From Malacoraja senta (Eukaryota), in the NCBI GenBank assembly GCA_038087875.1, contig JAXLNO010000270.1, positions 186,001 through 250,000 of the forward strand: a DNA stretch of 64,000 nt. Reading direction: 5' to 3'. The notes below the pieces were generated by a model. It was not told the origin of the DNA, did not search any database, and saw only the letters and a program-made list of their open reading frames with translations. Below are positions 34,400 to 47,400 of this stretch, piece after piece. Each line of letters opens with the position of its first letter. The first letter of the stretch is position 1. A program made the position numbers and the translations under genes.

Positions 34400-37396
34400 C
34401 TAGACCAAGTGCAGACCCGTTGGGTCTGGTCCCCGAAAATGCTTGACACCCCGGGGTGTTGTTCCCGAACGTGTTTCAGACCCCTGGGTGAAAATCGTGG
34501 AAAAAAAGATGGCGTCGTTTTCGGAAAAAATCGGAGAAAATCGGCGAAAAAAAGATGGCGTCGTTTTCGGAGAAAATCGGCGAAAAAAAGATGGCGTCGT
34601 TTTCGGAGAAAATCGGAGACAATCGGAGAAAATCACATGGGGGTGGGGGGGGGGGATGGATTTTATTTAAAAAAAACGTGTACATAAACAGGACCGAATT
34701 TAATCAGGAGTGGCTATTCGTAAAGATAAATGTCATCTCTTTGGAAATGGTAAAAAATATGGGCCTTTCCGCGCGCTGTGTGGACCAGGGGCGGTATCAA
34801 AGGCGGCGTACGGATGTACAGACGTACAGACGTACAAACGTACAGACGGACGACAACCAGAGAGTTTTAAAAGTATACTAGACCAAGTGCAGACCCGTTG
34901 GGTCTGGTCCGCGAAAGTGCTTGACACCCAGGGGCGTTGTTCCCGAACGTGCTTCAGACCCCGGGGTGAAAATCGTGGGAAAAAAGATGGCGTCGTTTTC
35001 GGAAAAAATCGGAGACAATCGGCGAAAAAAAGATGGCGTAGTTTTCGGAGAAAATCGGCGAAAAAAAGATGGCGTCGTTTTCGGAGAAAATCGGAGACAA
35101 TCGGAGAAAATCACATGGGTGTGGGGGGGGGATGGATTTTATTTAAAAAAACGTGTACATAAACAGGACCGAATTTAATCAGGAGTGGCTATTCGTAAAG
35201 ATAAATGTCATCTCTTTGGAAATGGTAAAAAAATATGGGCCTTTCCGCGCGCTGTGTGGGCCAGGGGCGGTATCAAAGGCGGCGTACGGACGGCAGAACG
35301 TTGGACGTACGGACGTACGGACGTACAGACGTACAGACGGACGACAGCCAGAGAGTTTTAAAAGTATACTAGACCAAGTGCAGACCCGTTGGGTCTGGAC
35401 ACCGAACGTGCGTTTGCGGGGGGGGAGGGGCTGTTGCGTCACACTAACCACCCCCTTTCCTCCAAAGCACGGAATCCTGCATCCACAAACACACACACTC
35501 ATCACACCCCTTGATATTACATTAATTTTTAAATTTGATTCTTTTATCCCATCTCCACCCTATCCACTGATGAATAGCCCTCACCTCTCAGGTGCTTCTA
35601 GAGGGGGGTGGCAGAGAGACAAAATGTAATGTTAAAAATTTGAAGAGGGATGGAGGAGGGGGGAGAGAAAGGTGGGGAGAGAGGAGGGGGAGAGAGGAGA
35701 GTGGTGGAGAGAGGAAGGAGACGATGGGGGAGAAAGGTGAAGGGGGTGTTTGGAACGGGCGTGCATGAGTCGAGCCGCGGGCTGTGAAGAGAGAAGGGCA
35801 GAGAGAGAGAGAGAGAGAGATGGGAGAGACAGAGAGACTGGTACACAAAAAAATGCTGGAGAAACACAACGGGTGCAGCAGCATCTATGGTGCGAATGAA
35901 ATAGGCAAAGCTTTGGGCCGAAGCCCATCCTCAGGTTTTTTTTTACCTGAAACGTTTCCTATTTCCTTCGATCCATAGATGCTGCTGCACCCGCTGATGT
36001 TATTCCGTTTTTTTTTGTGTATCGTTGATTTTCCAGCATCTGCAGTTCCGTGTTAAAGACAGAGAGACTGTTGGTGGGCTGATTTCCCAACGCGCGTTAG
36101 CGGGAGGGTGGGGTGCTGCGGCATCACACACACTAACCACCCCGCAAACACACTCGGGGGGAAGGGGGAGAGGAAGACGGGGTGTGGAGAGAAGAGGAGA
36201 GGGGGAGTGAGGGTAGAGGGCGAGGAGGAAAGGGGAGAGATTGGTGAGGTTGAAGAGAGTAGGGTGGGGGAGAGGGATGGGGAGGAGAGTGGTGAGTTAG
36301 GAGGAGAGCGTGGAGGGCAGGAAGGGGGGAGAGGGGGGGGAGGGGATGTTAAAGGTGGAGAGGGGGGATGAGGGGAAGGGGAGAGGAGTAGGTGGAAGAG
36401 AGGGAGAGAGGGAGGGGGGGGAGATAGGTGGGGGAGGGAGAGGGGAAGAGTTGGGAGTGAGTGGTTGCGGGGAGTGGTGGAAGAGAGAGTGGAAGGGGGT
36501 GGGGGGGAGATGGCGGTGAAGAGGGGGGTGGAGGGGTAAGAGAGGGTGTGGGAGGGGAGGGAGGGGGAGAGGAGAGAGGGGGAAGAGTGGGGACGGAGAG
36601 TGGAAGTAGGAGGGTAGGGACAGTCGGGGTTGGGAGAGAAGAGGAGAGGGGGAGGAGGAAAGGGGAGAGATTGGTGAGGTTGAAGAGAGCAGGGTGGGGG
36701 AGAGGGAGGGGGAGGAGAGTGGGGAGGGCAGGAAGGGAGGACAGGATGTTAGAGGTGGAGAGAGGGGATGAGGGGAAGGGGAGAGGAGTAGGGGGAAGAG
36801 AGGGAGGGGAGGGAGGGGGAGAGGAGAGAGGAGGGGGACGGAGTGTGGAAGTAAGAGGGGTAGGGACAGTCCATCTGTTCCCCATTCCCTATCACCCCCA
36901 ATCATCTTTCTCTATTCCCACACACGTGGCGACGCCCTTCGACACAGGCTGCGGGGGTGGGGGGGCTGGGGCTGCTGCCAAGGCATATGTAAATTGGTCC
37001 ATTCCGATTGGACATCTGTGACCATTGTGCATTGTGACATCACACAACGGAATCTTTACTAACATTCTACTGCTGAGCTGTTTTTTTAAACATTTTGAAA
37101 TGTTTGATTTGGGGGGGGAGAGGTATTTTATTTTAAAAAGCGTACCTAAACACGACCAAATTTAATCAGGATCGTCTATTCGTAAAGAAAAACGTAACCT
37201 CTTTAGAAACGGTAAAAAATATCGGCGTTTCCGCGCGCCGCGCGGGCGCGAGGCGGTATCAGAGGCGGGACAGGTCAAGCAGAACGTTGTACGTACAGAC
37301 GTACAGACGTACCGACGTACAGACGTACAGACGTACAGACGGACGGCAGCCAGAGAGTTTTAAACGTATGTAGATAGATAGATATAGATAGATAGA
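34400..37396 (-). mobile_element. Head-to-tail array of three non-autonomous Helitrons (34400-34877, 34878-35368, 35369-37396)
   Basis: Each unit ends on the minus strand with hairpin CAGACCC-aac-GGGTCTG then CACTTGGTCTAG. The array starts 5'-TC and sits in an A|T site with no TSD. Internal (GTACAGAC)n and 36-bp subrepeats. Confidence 0.8.
35841..36056. mobile_element. Inverted mini-Penelope (two opposed pLTR ends) with 14-bp TSD
   Basis: Arms match 13690-13790 in opposite orientations. AGACAGAGAGACTG at 35827-35840 and 36057-36070. Confidence 0.8.
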
Positions 37397-38494
37397 TATG
37401 CTGTAACTCCGTAAGAGATAGGAAAATATATTACAATTTCTAGCAAAAGACCAAGACTTTATGGAGAAGATCAGTTGCTAGCTGGTACATTGGCATATCA
37501 TAATCAGTAGCATCATCATACTCCTCAGATTGTAACCAATACGCAACTCTGTACACCTTGTTTTTCCTCAACTTTTTAATTTTGGCTTTGTAAACTACAA
37601 GTGTTTGCTCCTCAAACTACGCATGACATGCCTTTCTGCCCACTACTTTCCCTTTAAGAATGTCCTGTAGATTTCATTTCTTTAGAAAAGGATATATTTT
37701 TTAAATAGCATAAGTACCCAAATAACAAATTAATCCCATACGCACAAGAATTCACAATATACAATATACAATATACAATATACCAATATGCAAGATGGAA
37801 GGAATTTAATGTTTAATTCCCATAAATTAATCTAGAAACATCCACACAATATAATTACAAGTATTACTTGTTTGCACAATACATGGGAATAAAACTGATA
37901 CTTAGTATAAAAATATTGACTATGGATAAACAATAACAAAAAATATAGACGATTTAGGTGCTCTTATGACATGATTCTCGAAAAAAAATACCATTTCAAT
38001 CATCTTGTGATTGGGTTTTACTGGAACGCGATCGATTGGAACGTTGCATTTGCGGTGAATTTGAACTCCATATCGGCAGGAAAAACACTGCCGGTTCGTA
38101 TGGGGCACAAATCACTTTTCGCAACGTAAAATTAGTTTAAGGCCATCCCAAGAAGCAAAATTATATGTAAAATAAACGACTTACCCTTTGTTTTGTCCCG
38201 TTCTTGCAATCCATCACGCTGTAGACGTTCAGGGTGTTAGAAGCCCTTTTTTTATTTTAGTCTAATTATTAAATTGTATCGCGATTTAAAAAAAAACGGG
38301 AACGGAAGACGGATCGATTATTCTTCAGCAGCTAGCAGACCGATGAAATGCGCCTCCGAAGTAGAAAACTGGATTTTATTCCCGCCCCCACCTCCCCCCC
38401 CCCAAGGCGCGAAAGTCGCGCACACGGCCAGTGGCAGCACAGCAGCGCCGCTGAAGGTAAGTTTTGTAACATCGCTAAATATAGTGGAGAAACC

Positions 38495-38885
38495 AAGAAC
38501 TACAGATGCTGGTTGACGCACAGAAGGACACAAAGCGCTGGAGCCACTCAGCGGGTCAGGCAACATCTGTGGACAACATGCATAGGTATAAAGAGCTGGA
38601 ATAACAGCGGTGAAGCAGCATCTCCGGCGAACATGAATGGGTACAAAGTGCTGGATTACCTCAGCGGGTCAGGCAGCATCGCGGGAGAATTCAGAAAGGT
38701 ACAAATTGCAGGAGTCAGAGGGTCAAGGAGTATATCACGTAACATGGACAGGTGACGTTTCCGTCAATAACCTGCCCCAAACTGTCTGGAGGAATCCCTA
38801 ATTAAGCGTCGAACTGATAGGTCACGACCAGAAATGGCACCGGTCCATGTTCTCCAGAGATGCTCCAGCAGTTTGTGTCATTTTG
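38495..38885. repeat. Tandemly reiterated Penelope-pLTR-derived sequence
   Basis: Several copies of caaagtgctggag..ctcagcgggtcaggcagcatc plus an inverted tctccagagatgct arm. Confidence 0.55.
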
Positions 38886-39419
38886 GGAAGAGAGTGGGCC
38901 CGAGTAATTTGCGGTTGAGGGTGAGGACTGGTTGAGTCCGGGGGGAGGGGGGTTATAGGAGTGTATTTGGCTGGAGGGGGGTAGACGGCCGGAGAAGTGG
39001 GCTATAGAAACCCGGAGATGTAGGCGAAAAGCACGAGGAGTGCGGGGAGAGGGAGCCGGAGATGCGAGAGGCAGAGAATGGCGAGACGTGTGAAGAGAGA
39101 GACACGAGAAGTGTGGAGAGAGAAGGAGGAGGAGTGCTGGGAAAGAGGCCGCAGGAGGGTGGAAAAGGAGGCAGGAGTAGTGTGGAGTTAGAGGCAGGAG
39201 GAGCGTGGAAAGAGAAGCTGGAGGAGTGCGGGGGAGAGGCAGGAGCAGTATGGAAGGAGAAGCAGCAGGAGTGTGTAGTGAGAGGCAATAGGAATGCGGG
39301 GAGAAAGGCAGGTGGATAGAGAAGAGGCACGTAGAGTATTGAGAGAGAGTTAGGAGGAGTGTGGAGAGCGAGATGCACGAAGCGTGTGGGGATTGAGGCA
39401 GGAGGAGTGCGCGGAGAGC

Positions 39420-39873
39420 TTGTACACTCTGGATTTGTACAGGCTGGGCTTGTACACTCTGGAGTTTAGAAGGACGAGAGGGGATTTCATTGAAAGATAA
39501 AGGATTGTTAAGGGTTTTGACACGCTAGAAGCAGGAAACATGTTCCCGTGGTTCGGGGAGTCCAGAACCAGAACCAGTTTAACAATAAGGAGTAAGCCAT
39601 TTAGAACGGAGACGGGGAAACACTTTTTCTCCCAGAGATTTGTGTGTTTGTGGAATGCTCTGCCTCAGAGGGCGGTGGAGGCATGTTCTATCGATGCTTT
39701 CAAGAGAGAGCTAGATAGGGCTCTCAAAAATAGCGGAGTCGGGGGATATGGGGATAAGGCAGGAACGGGGTACTGATTGGGGATGATCAGCCATTATCAC
39801 ATTGAATGGTGCTGCTGGCTCGAAGGGCCAATTGCCTACTCCGGCACCTATTGTCTATTGTCTATTGTCTATT
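39420..39873 (+). mobile_element. 5'-truncated CR1 3' end with (TCTATTG)n tail
   Basis: ORF 39540-39776 GESRTR..HFFSQR..WNALP..FKRELD. 7-bp tandem tail at 39848-39873. Confidence 0.85.
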
Positions 39874-41100
39874 GAATTCTCTTCAGCAGCACAGACGAAA
39901 AGATGGCTTGATGCTGCCATAGATGGGACTGACCCGAAACAGCAACAAACCAGAGACAAAGATCCATCAGTGTCATGCGCTTCGTGTCGATCATTGAGGT
40001 GCTGCACGTCAAGGCACTGAGTGGACTTTTGTTAGGCCTGTCCCTGATGACAACAAGATCGGCCATACTCAGCCCTGTTGACCGTTATGCAGCAAGATTT
40101 GTAACGGACAAAGACACATTCTCCTTGACATATGTGGATCTTCTAAAGGGATGTGCAAATGTTGATTATTCTGTTAAAGAGGAGGGGGCAAAAAAAGTGG
40201 AGGCTCACACTCGTCAGCAAGCAAAATCAGATCTCTGTTTTCGGTATCGGGCAGGTCGCATAACAGCATTAAAACTGAAAAGTGTTTGCACGACAAATGC
40301 AGGTTCTCCAACAGTTAGTGTGGTCAAATGGGTGTGCTACTACGATATGTGCAGATTTAGCACTGAGCAACAAGATGGGGCAGTGATCAAGAACGGCATG
40401 CAAGAGACCCCTGTGCGGCTTATATGCGTGCTGAACTTTCCAGTTTCACGGTGAAAGACTCGGAACTGACCATAAACCCCGATTACCTTCATTTGTGTGC
40501 AACACCGGATGGACGGTTCAGTGTGATGAGCATTGTTGCGGGGATGAGCGTTTTGCTGTCTGTGAAATTAAATGTCCGTTCAGTAAGAAGGACATGTTTA
40601 ATGTCCGCTGCAGAGGACAAACAGTTTTGTCTTCAGAATGTGAATAGTGAGCTTCATCTGTCCAATGAGCATGCTTACTACTAACAGGTCCAGGCCCAAT
40701 TTTACGTCTCGGAGAGCTCGTTTTGCGATTTTGTGGATTGGACCAGTGATGACGTCCGTCCCCAGGTAGAGCGTATAGTGGGTAATCATGCTTTTTGGCA
40801 TATGTTGTAGCTGCTGCCACTCAGTTCTTTAATTTGGACGTGTTACCGGAGCTTATTGGCAAGCATTTTACCACTCCTCCCTTAAATATGTAAGAGAATG
40901 TCGTGGAGTCCGATGACCAGGATGAATAAAAATGGCGCAACTGTCAGGAGGGGGAAAGCGGGAAAATGATCATGTGTGATAACCCAAAGTGTCCTATTTC
41001 GTGGTTTCATTTTGAATGCCTGAAATTGCCAGAAAATTACGAAACACCAAAAAATGGTTTTGCCTAGATTATCTTCTCCCAAAATCAAATAGAAATGCTC
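39874..41100 (+). pseudogene. YqaJ/lambda-exonuclease-like nuclease with C-terminal PHD finger, frameshifted
   Basis: Across frames: TRQQAKSDLCFRYRAGRITA, INPDYLHLCATPDG, EIKCP, YY*QVQAQ, CDFVDWT, then CNC..MIMCDNPKCPISWFHFECL..KWFC. Confidence 0.8.
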
Positions 41101-41434
41101 CCATAAGGAAATGAACGGCATGTTTTGTGCTGAACATGCTTCTCTTAAATTCAAAGTCTAGCATTTGTTTACCACGTTTGTCTTGCACTGCATGGAGCCA
41201 CGTAATAGGCTATTTTGTGTTTACTTTAAAAAATACCCCAGTCACTTATTGAAACTGTTCTAGTTAAGATTAATGTTAATAATTTTGAAGTGCACTTTAA
41301 CTTCTGTGTTTGTTATTTAATGGTTTGGCGATTCATTGCAATTTCATCCAGAATAAATGCTGATGAGCCAAGTAACTTTTTTGACATTTTTTATTGTTTG
41401 TATATGCAACATACGAAAGCACAACTGTCTGCAC

Positions 41435-44400
41435 CTACTGTGAGACTATGGATTCATTTAAGTTGAAAAGTGCACAACAGATCCTTGCAATTTGATCAAT
41501 TTTAGCTACTTGATTTTCAGACTTGGCACCATGTAATCGAATGGCACAGTATGACTTAGAAATAGGTATTTTTGCCTGACACCACAATTCACACGCCCTA
41601 CATGATTGCGTAAATGTGCAAATTCACGAGTTTTTTCCACATCCAGCGCAGATAATTGTGATATCCCTCTTGTAAATGCAGGTAGTTCTGCTTGACAACC
41701 GTAAAATCCGGCATCATCTTTTATGTCAAAGCCGCGATTAGCTAAAATGACATCTCCAGGGAGCAGGTTGTCAAAAAAAATTAGATGAAAGTGTAATAAG
41801 TGCCTCACCCCCCCTCCCCCCCCCCCACAATGCTGCAGATACAAATGAAATAGCACCACATGGTGTTATACTTATCAAGAATTTGATGGCGGGGACTTCC
41901 GGTGGCGCCATGCAGCTGTGAGAGGCGCAGCATTCAGCTCCGCTCCCGACGAATGCGTTAAATTGCTAAAAAAAAAGATGATTAGGAAGAGGGACCGATC
42001 TAAAAATACTTACCGGAGATGCCTGACGTCGCGTAAGTGACGTCATCAGAAATCGCCGCTTAATAACGGGGAATAACGGTACTTTTAAATGCAAAAGAGG
42101 ATTCTACCCCAAAGACCTACTACAAGACCTTCTACAAGACTCCGTGTTAAAGAGCTGGGTGAAACTCTGCCATCAACATCAGAAACCTCTGAAGAAGAAA
42201 CTGAAGCTCAAAGATTAGCTACCGAAATGGCTACAAAGGAAAAACTAATGGAACAATCTATAAGAGCTTCAGTAACGAAAGACTTTGCTGAGATGCTACA
42301 TGAGGAGATTTCTGCACTGGATACTAGTCTGATTAAAAATATGAAGCTCGGGAATCAGGAAGTCATTGAGACAATCGGTATTCTAAGGAAACGTATTGAT
42401 GATGTTGAGACCGATTTAAGTGCAGAAATCGAACGGGTTGAAAAGGAGTGCAACGAAAAGTTGGAATCTGTTCTTCATACCACTGAAGCATACAGCACTG
42501 CTATGAAAGAGATGGAAACTGCGATGAAGGAAATGTCTGAAGAGATGAAGAGAATGAGGAAAGACCAAGGCCGTGTCTCGGGGCAACTGGCCAAAATGAC
42601 TGACAAATGCCTTGATTTGTAAGCCCGATCAAGACGGCAGAATCTTAGGATAGTTGGAGTCAGAGAGGGAAAGGAGACTGGAAAGGATTCTCGGGAGTTC
42701 GCTGCCAACTTACAAGTATTCAAGCTGCCTAATAAACCGAAAATAGATGTTGCACACCGGGTTCGAAGAGCTCAATCGAGGCCAGGAGCCCATCCAAGAC
42801 AGATCATAGTGCAATTTCATGACATTTCTGCTCTGGAAGACATTAAGAAAGAAATTCCACTCGCAACAAATCTGATGTTTGAAGATGAAATTGTTCGATT
42901 GTTTAGAGATTACCCAGCGGAAGTGGCTAAGAAACGGGACATGTTTACAAAGACAAGACAGGTCTTGAAAGGGTCCCAATCCTGAGATATGGCATAATGT
43001 ACCCTGCAAAAATGAGGGTTACCTACAAGAATTTGGAACGTGTTTTTACTGATCCAAAAGAAGCATATCAATACCCAATACAAAGGAGATTAACGGATAA
43101 GTAAAACAGCACGGCTATCAGGAGGTGGTTCTGTTATAAATATCGGGAAAGGGGAAGCTGAGAAGCAATGACATCTTAAATAAATGAAACTATAAATCTT
43201 CTCGTTAAGATGGCGGAATATTACACGTGGTGAAGTGTAGACACTTTATCAACTCTGGAATGTTAACCCAAGGACGAACTTTTTTTTCGAATGAAAGACT
43301 TAAAAACAAAGGGGAGTCGTGGAACATGGACAAATTAAATTAAATGGAGTTGAAAGTAACAATTTACTAATAAAAATATGTTCATAATCATATACTAACA
43401 CATAAATAACTGAACTAACCTAGCTATACCAATCTAAAATGAATTAGTATAACCGAATAATGTTTCACTCCTCGGGGGGGGGTATCTTAAATTATTAACG
43501 AATCTGTAGATCTACGATGGCGAGTTAAATATATTGATATATGTTAATGTCACACTAATAAATTAAAACACGTGTAACCGATTTGGGAAGGTAAATTCCC
43601 AGCCATGCTTAAGATAACCTAAGAATGAAAATAGCTGGAAGGGAAGCGATTTAAACAACTGGCAAGTACCCAAGAGTGTAATTCTGGTTAACCCCTTCCA
43701 ACCAGCAGGTTCTTATTTTAAGATACTGGGTTCTGATAGCGAAGTTAAATATAATAATTGTTAGTATATAGTAAATACATGTTTATTTGAAGATTTAAGT
43801 AGATCCACATGTTTGACGTTTCTCTATATTTGATCCGGTCTCAAACTGGCCCTTCTTCCTTTCTACAATATTTGTTTAAGGGAGCGGAGCATAATGTAAT
43901 TTAACATCGACGGACGTTTTCAAGAACGTCTCTACCACCAATAGGTGGTTCTCCTTTTGCAGTATCTTTTTCTCTAGATACTGTAATATCACTATTTTTA
44001 TTTTTATGTCATTCTACACGTTTCTGGTTTTCTCTCTATGGTTACTTCTAAAAGGGTTATACCAACATAATCCAGTAGCCGCGAGTACCCACCGAACACC
44101 TAGAAGCCTGAGGTATTTTGTTGCACCATATGACATAAAGGTACCAAGGTAATTCATAATGCAAGACGATACGCAAAAGAAAATTGGAGGAATCACGTTT
44201 TGTAGCTGGAACATAAGGGGTGCTAATGAGCCAATCAAAAGTGGTAAGATTCTTGCCTAATTAAAATCACTTAATGCCGATATAATATGCTTTCAGCAAA
44301 CACACTTGAAACCCCAAGCTCAGACCAGGCTGAAGGCAAATTGGATCGGCCAAACATATCACTCCTCCTATATCTCTAAATCTAGAGGCACGGCAATTAT

Positions 44401-47400
44401 AATTCGCAAAGGCATACCATTTAAACCAAAGAATACAATAGTGGACACAGATGGGACGTATGTTATAGTTACGGGAGAGATACATTCTACTTCACTTACT
44501 ATGGTAAATATTTATGCGCCTAATTTTGATAACCCTCAATTTTTTAACTAAATCCTGAATATAATCTCCGAGTTTAATTATCAAAATGTGGTAATTGGGG
44601 GAGACTTCAATTGCGTCTTGGATCAACACCTGGATAAATCTGCACAACAAAAGAGGCTTAACCTAAAATCAAAATCCAGTGAACTCTTAAATACATACAT
44701 AAAAAAACACAAATATAACAGACGTATGGAAGATTGCAAACCCAGCTGGAAGGGAATATTCCTTTTACTCAATGGTACATAAAACCTACTCACGCATTGA
44801 TTATTTCTTAGTGGACACGAATTTAATTCCCTTCACAACTAATCGTAAATATCATAATAGTATCATCTCTGATCACTCCCCGTTAACTTTTCTTTCTAAA
44901 ACTATAAGAAATGCCCAATAAAACATCGTTTTGGAGGTTCAATTCCCAAATTTTGAACAACCCGCAGGGAACAACAGATGGGACTTTTTTTTACACTAAT
45001 GACACCCCAGGCATATCACCCTCTTTATTATGCGAATATTTAAGGCATTTATCAGAGGATCTATAATTTCATACCAAGCTTTTCAAAATAAAAAAGAACA
45101 AGACCGAACTATTGCAACTGGAAGAACAAATTACACAATTGGATTTAGACAATGCGAAAGAGCCAACCATAGACAAAAACAATAAGATAACAATACTGAA
45201 ATTTAAACTAAACAGAATCTTATCTGCAAGAGTTATCAGACTGTTTCAAATCACAAAACAGGACAATTTCGAATTCGGTGATAAACCACATAAACGTTTG
45301 GCACTCCAACTGAAAAAACTGGAAAAGCATCATACGATTCCAAAAATTAAATCAGATAAAGATGAATTGTTAACGTTACCTAAAGATATTAATAAAAGAT
45401 GTGCTCAAAATGTATATACATCCAAAGCATCATCAGATAGCATTAAAGTCATAATTTTTTTGGATTACTGCAACCTTGAGTAAAACTCAATCTGTTGGAA
45501 CAAGAGAAATTAGCTCAGGTTTCAATTAAAGAAATAGAAGAGACAATAAATTCACCGAAGAACGGTAAAACGCCAGGACCGGATGGATTCAGTAATGAAT
45601 TCTATAAAAGATTTTACGAGATAATCTCACCACGTTTATACAAACTTTACACATACGCTTTTAAAGAACAGACACAACCAGGAACATTAGCGGAATCAAC
45701 TATCACACTTATACCTTAAAAAGTTAAAGATCTAGAAGACCCTGGTTCATACAGATCTATTGCACTGTTAAATACAGATCAGAAAATACTCGCGAAAACT
45801 CTAGCAAGAAGATTAAGGAAATACGTTAGTAAATTAATAAATGCGGATCAAACGGGGTTTATACCCAAGAGATACTCATTCAATAATCTGAGACGTCTTT
45901 TCAATATAATGCATTCACATAAAATTGAAGAGGAAGATTTATCAATTATTTCATTGGATGCAGAAAAAGCATTTGACCAAGTAGTATGGGAATACCTCTT
46001 CAAAGTATTGCAAAAAATTCAAATGGGAGATAATTGTATGGGTAAAATTATTATATGACAAGCCTACTGCTAGAATATTGATCAATAACATACTGTCTCC
46101 GAAATTTCTACTATCCTGGGGCAATAGACAGGGTTGTGCATTATGATCCCTGCTATTTGCTCTTGCGATAGAGCCCTTAGCAGCAAGTATAAGAATGTAT
46201 CCGAATATATACGGTTATAATACTAAACACTCTAATAATAAGATATCACTATATGCAGATGACGTACTATTATACATTACAAAATCGCAAATTAGCATAC
46301 CAAACATATTAAATTTAATAGAGGAATTCGGTTCCTTCTCAGGATATAGAATAAACTGGAACAAAAGCGAAATCATGACGTTAAACCTCAAGAGCCGACA
46401 CACCTTTTAAAATTTCCCTTTAGAATTGCTACAGAAAAAATTAAATATCTGAGTATCCAAATTACCAGAAAATACAACTCTTTATTTAATGCAAACTATT
46501 GCCCTTACTTACCAAATTACATGCCTGGACTCAATTGTGGAAAACACTTCCGATCTATCTAATAGGCAGAATAAATGCAATAAAATGATTTTTCTCCCAC
46601 AAATTTTGTACTTATTTCAATCAATACCTAAAATTGTTTTCAAAAAACTCGATTCCCGCATCACACATTTTATTTGCGACAATAGATCCCATTGAATCCA
46701 AAGACGACACTTATGTAAACCCAAAGAATTCGGTGGACTGACACTTTCCAATTTGTTATACTATTACTGTGCAGTGAATATCAAAAATGTAATTTACTGG
46801 TTGGGCAATTCAGCCCAACAGGTAGACTGGATAGTAATGGAGAGAGAGGATTGTTCTCCTTTTAACATAGGAGCGATCCTTCTCACCCCAATAAAATTGA
46901 ATAATACAATATACAAGAAAAATCCGATTATCCATAGCAGAATACGATTTTGGAGACAAATAAGATTTACTCTTAAATTAAGAAGCCTATCGCTTCTCTC
47001 TACTATTGCTAATAATCCGTCGTTTAAACCATCTATTATCGACACAACGTTTACACACTGCGAAAGAATAGGATTTAAAACGTTTGGAGATATGTATGAA
47101 ATGGGAAACGTTTTATCATTCCAAAAATACAACTCAAATACAATTTGAAAAGTAATCAATATTTTAGATACCTTCAAATTCGAGATCACTTGAAAAAACA
47201 TACACAAGAATACCAAACTCTGACGTCAGATCTATTAGATGAAGGCATGAACAGAAAGGCGGAATTAAATAACTTAATATCATACTTGTATAATATCATT
47301 CTAAATATAGGGATACCATCGTCAGATGCAATGAGAAGAGAGTGGGAACAAGAACTATCTATAAAAAATTCTAAAGACTGATGGGATAAATATCTGCTAT

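Larger units (their letters stand above)
33938..38476. mobile_element. Non-autonomous DNA transposon with short imperfect TIRs and 9-bp TSD (~1.5 kb without the nested Helitrons)
   Basis: TIRs AGCAATGTTACAACAGTT (33938-33955) and AGCGATGTTACAAAACTT (reverse complement of 38459-38476). TSD AAATATAGT at 33929-33937 and 38477-38485. Confidence 0.75.

Noticed and set aside
34400..35400. CRISPR-like repeat array
   Set aside because: The context is eukaryotic, the spacers are not unique, and the repeats are explained by Helitron termini and subrepeats.
29665..36905. Many G/E/R-rich and P/S/L-rich ORFs
   Set aside because: Artefacts of purine-skewed low-complexity tracts.
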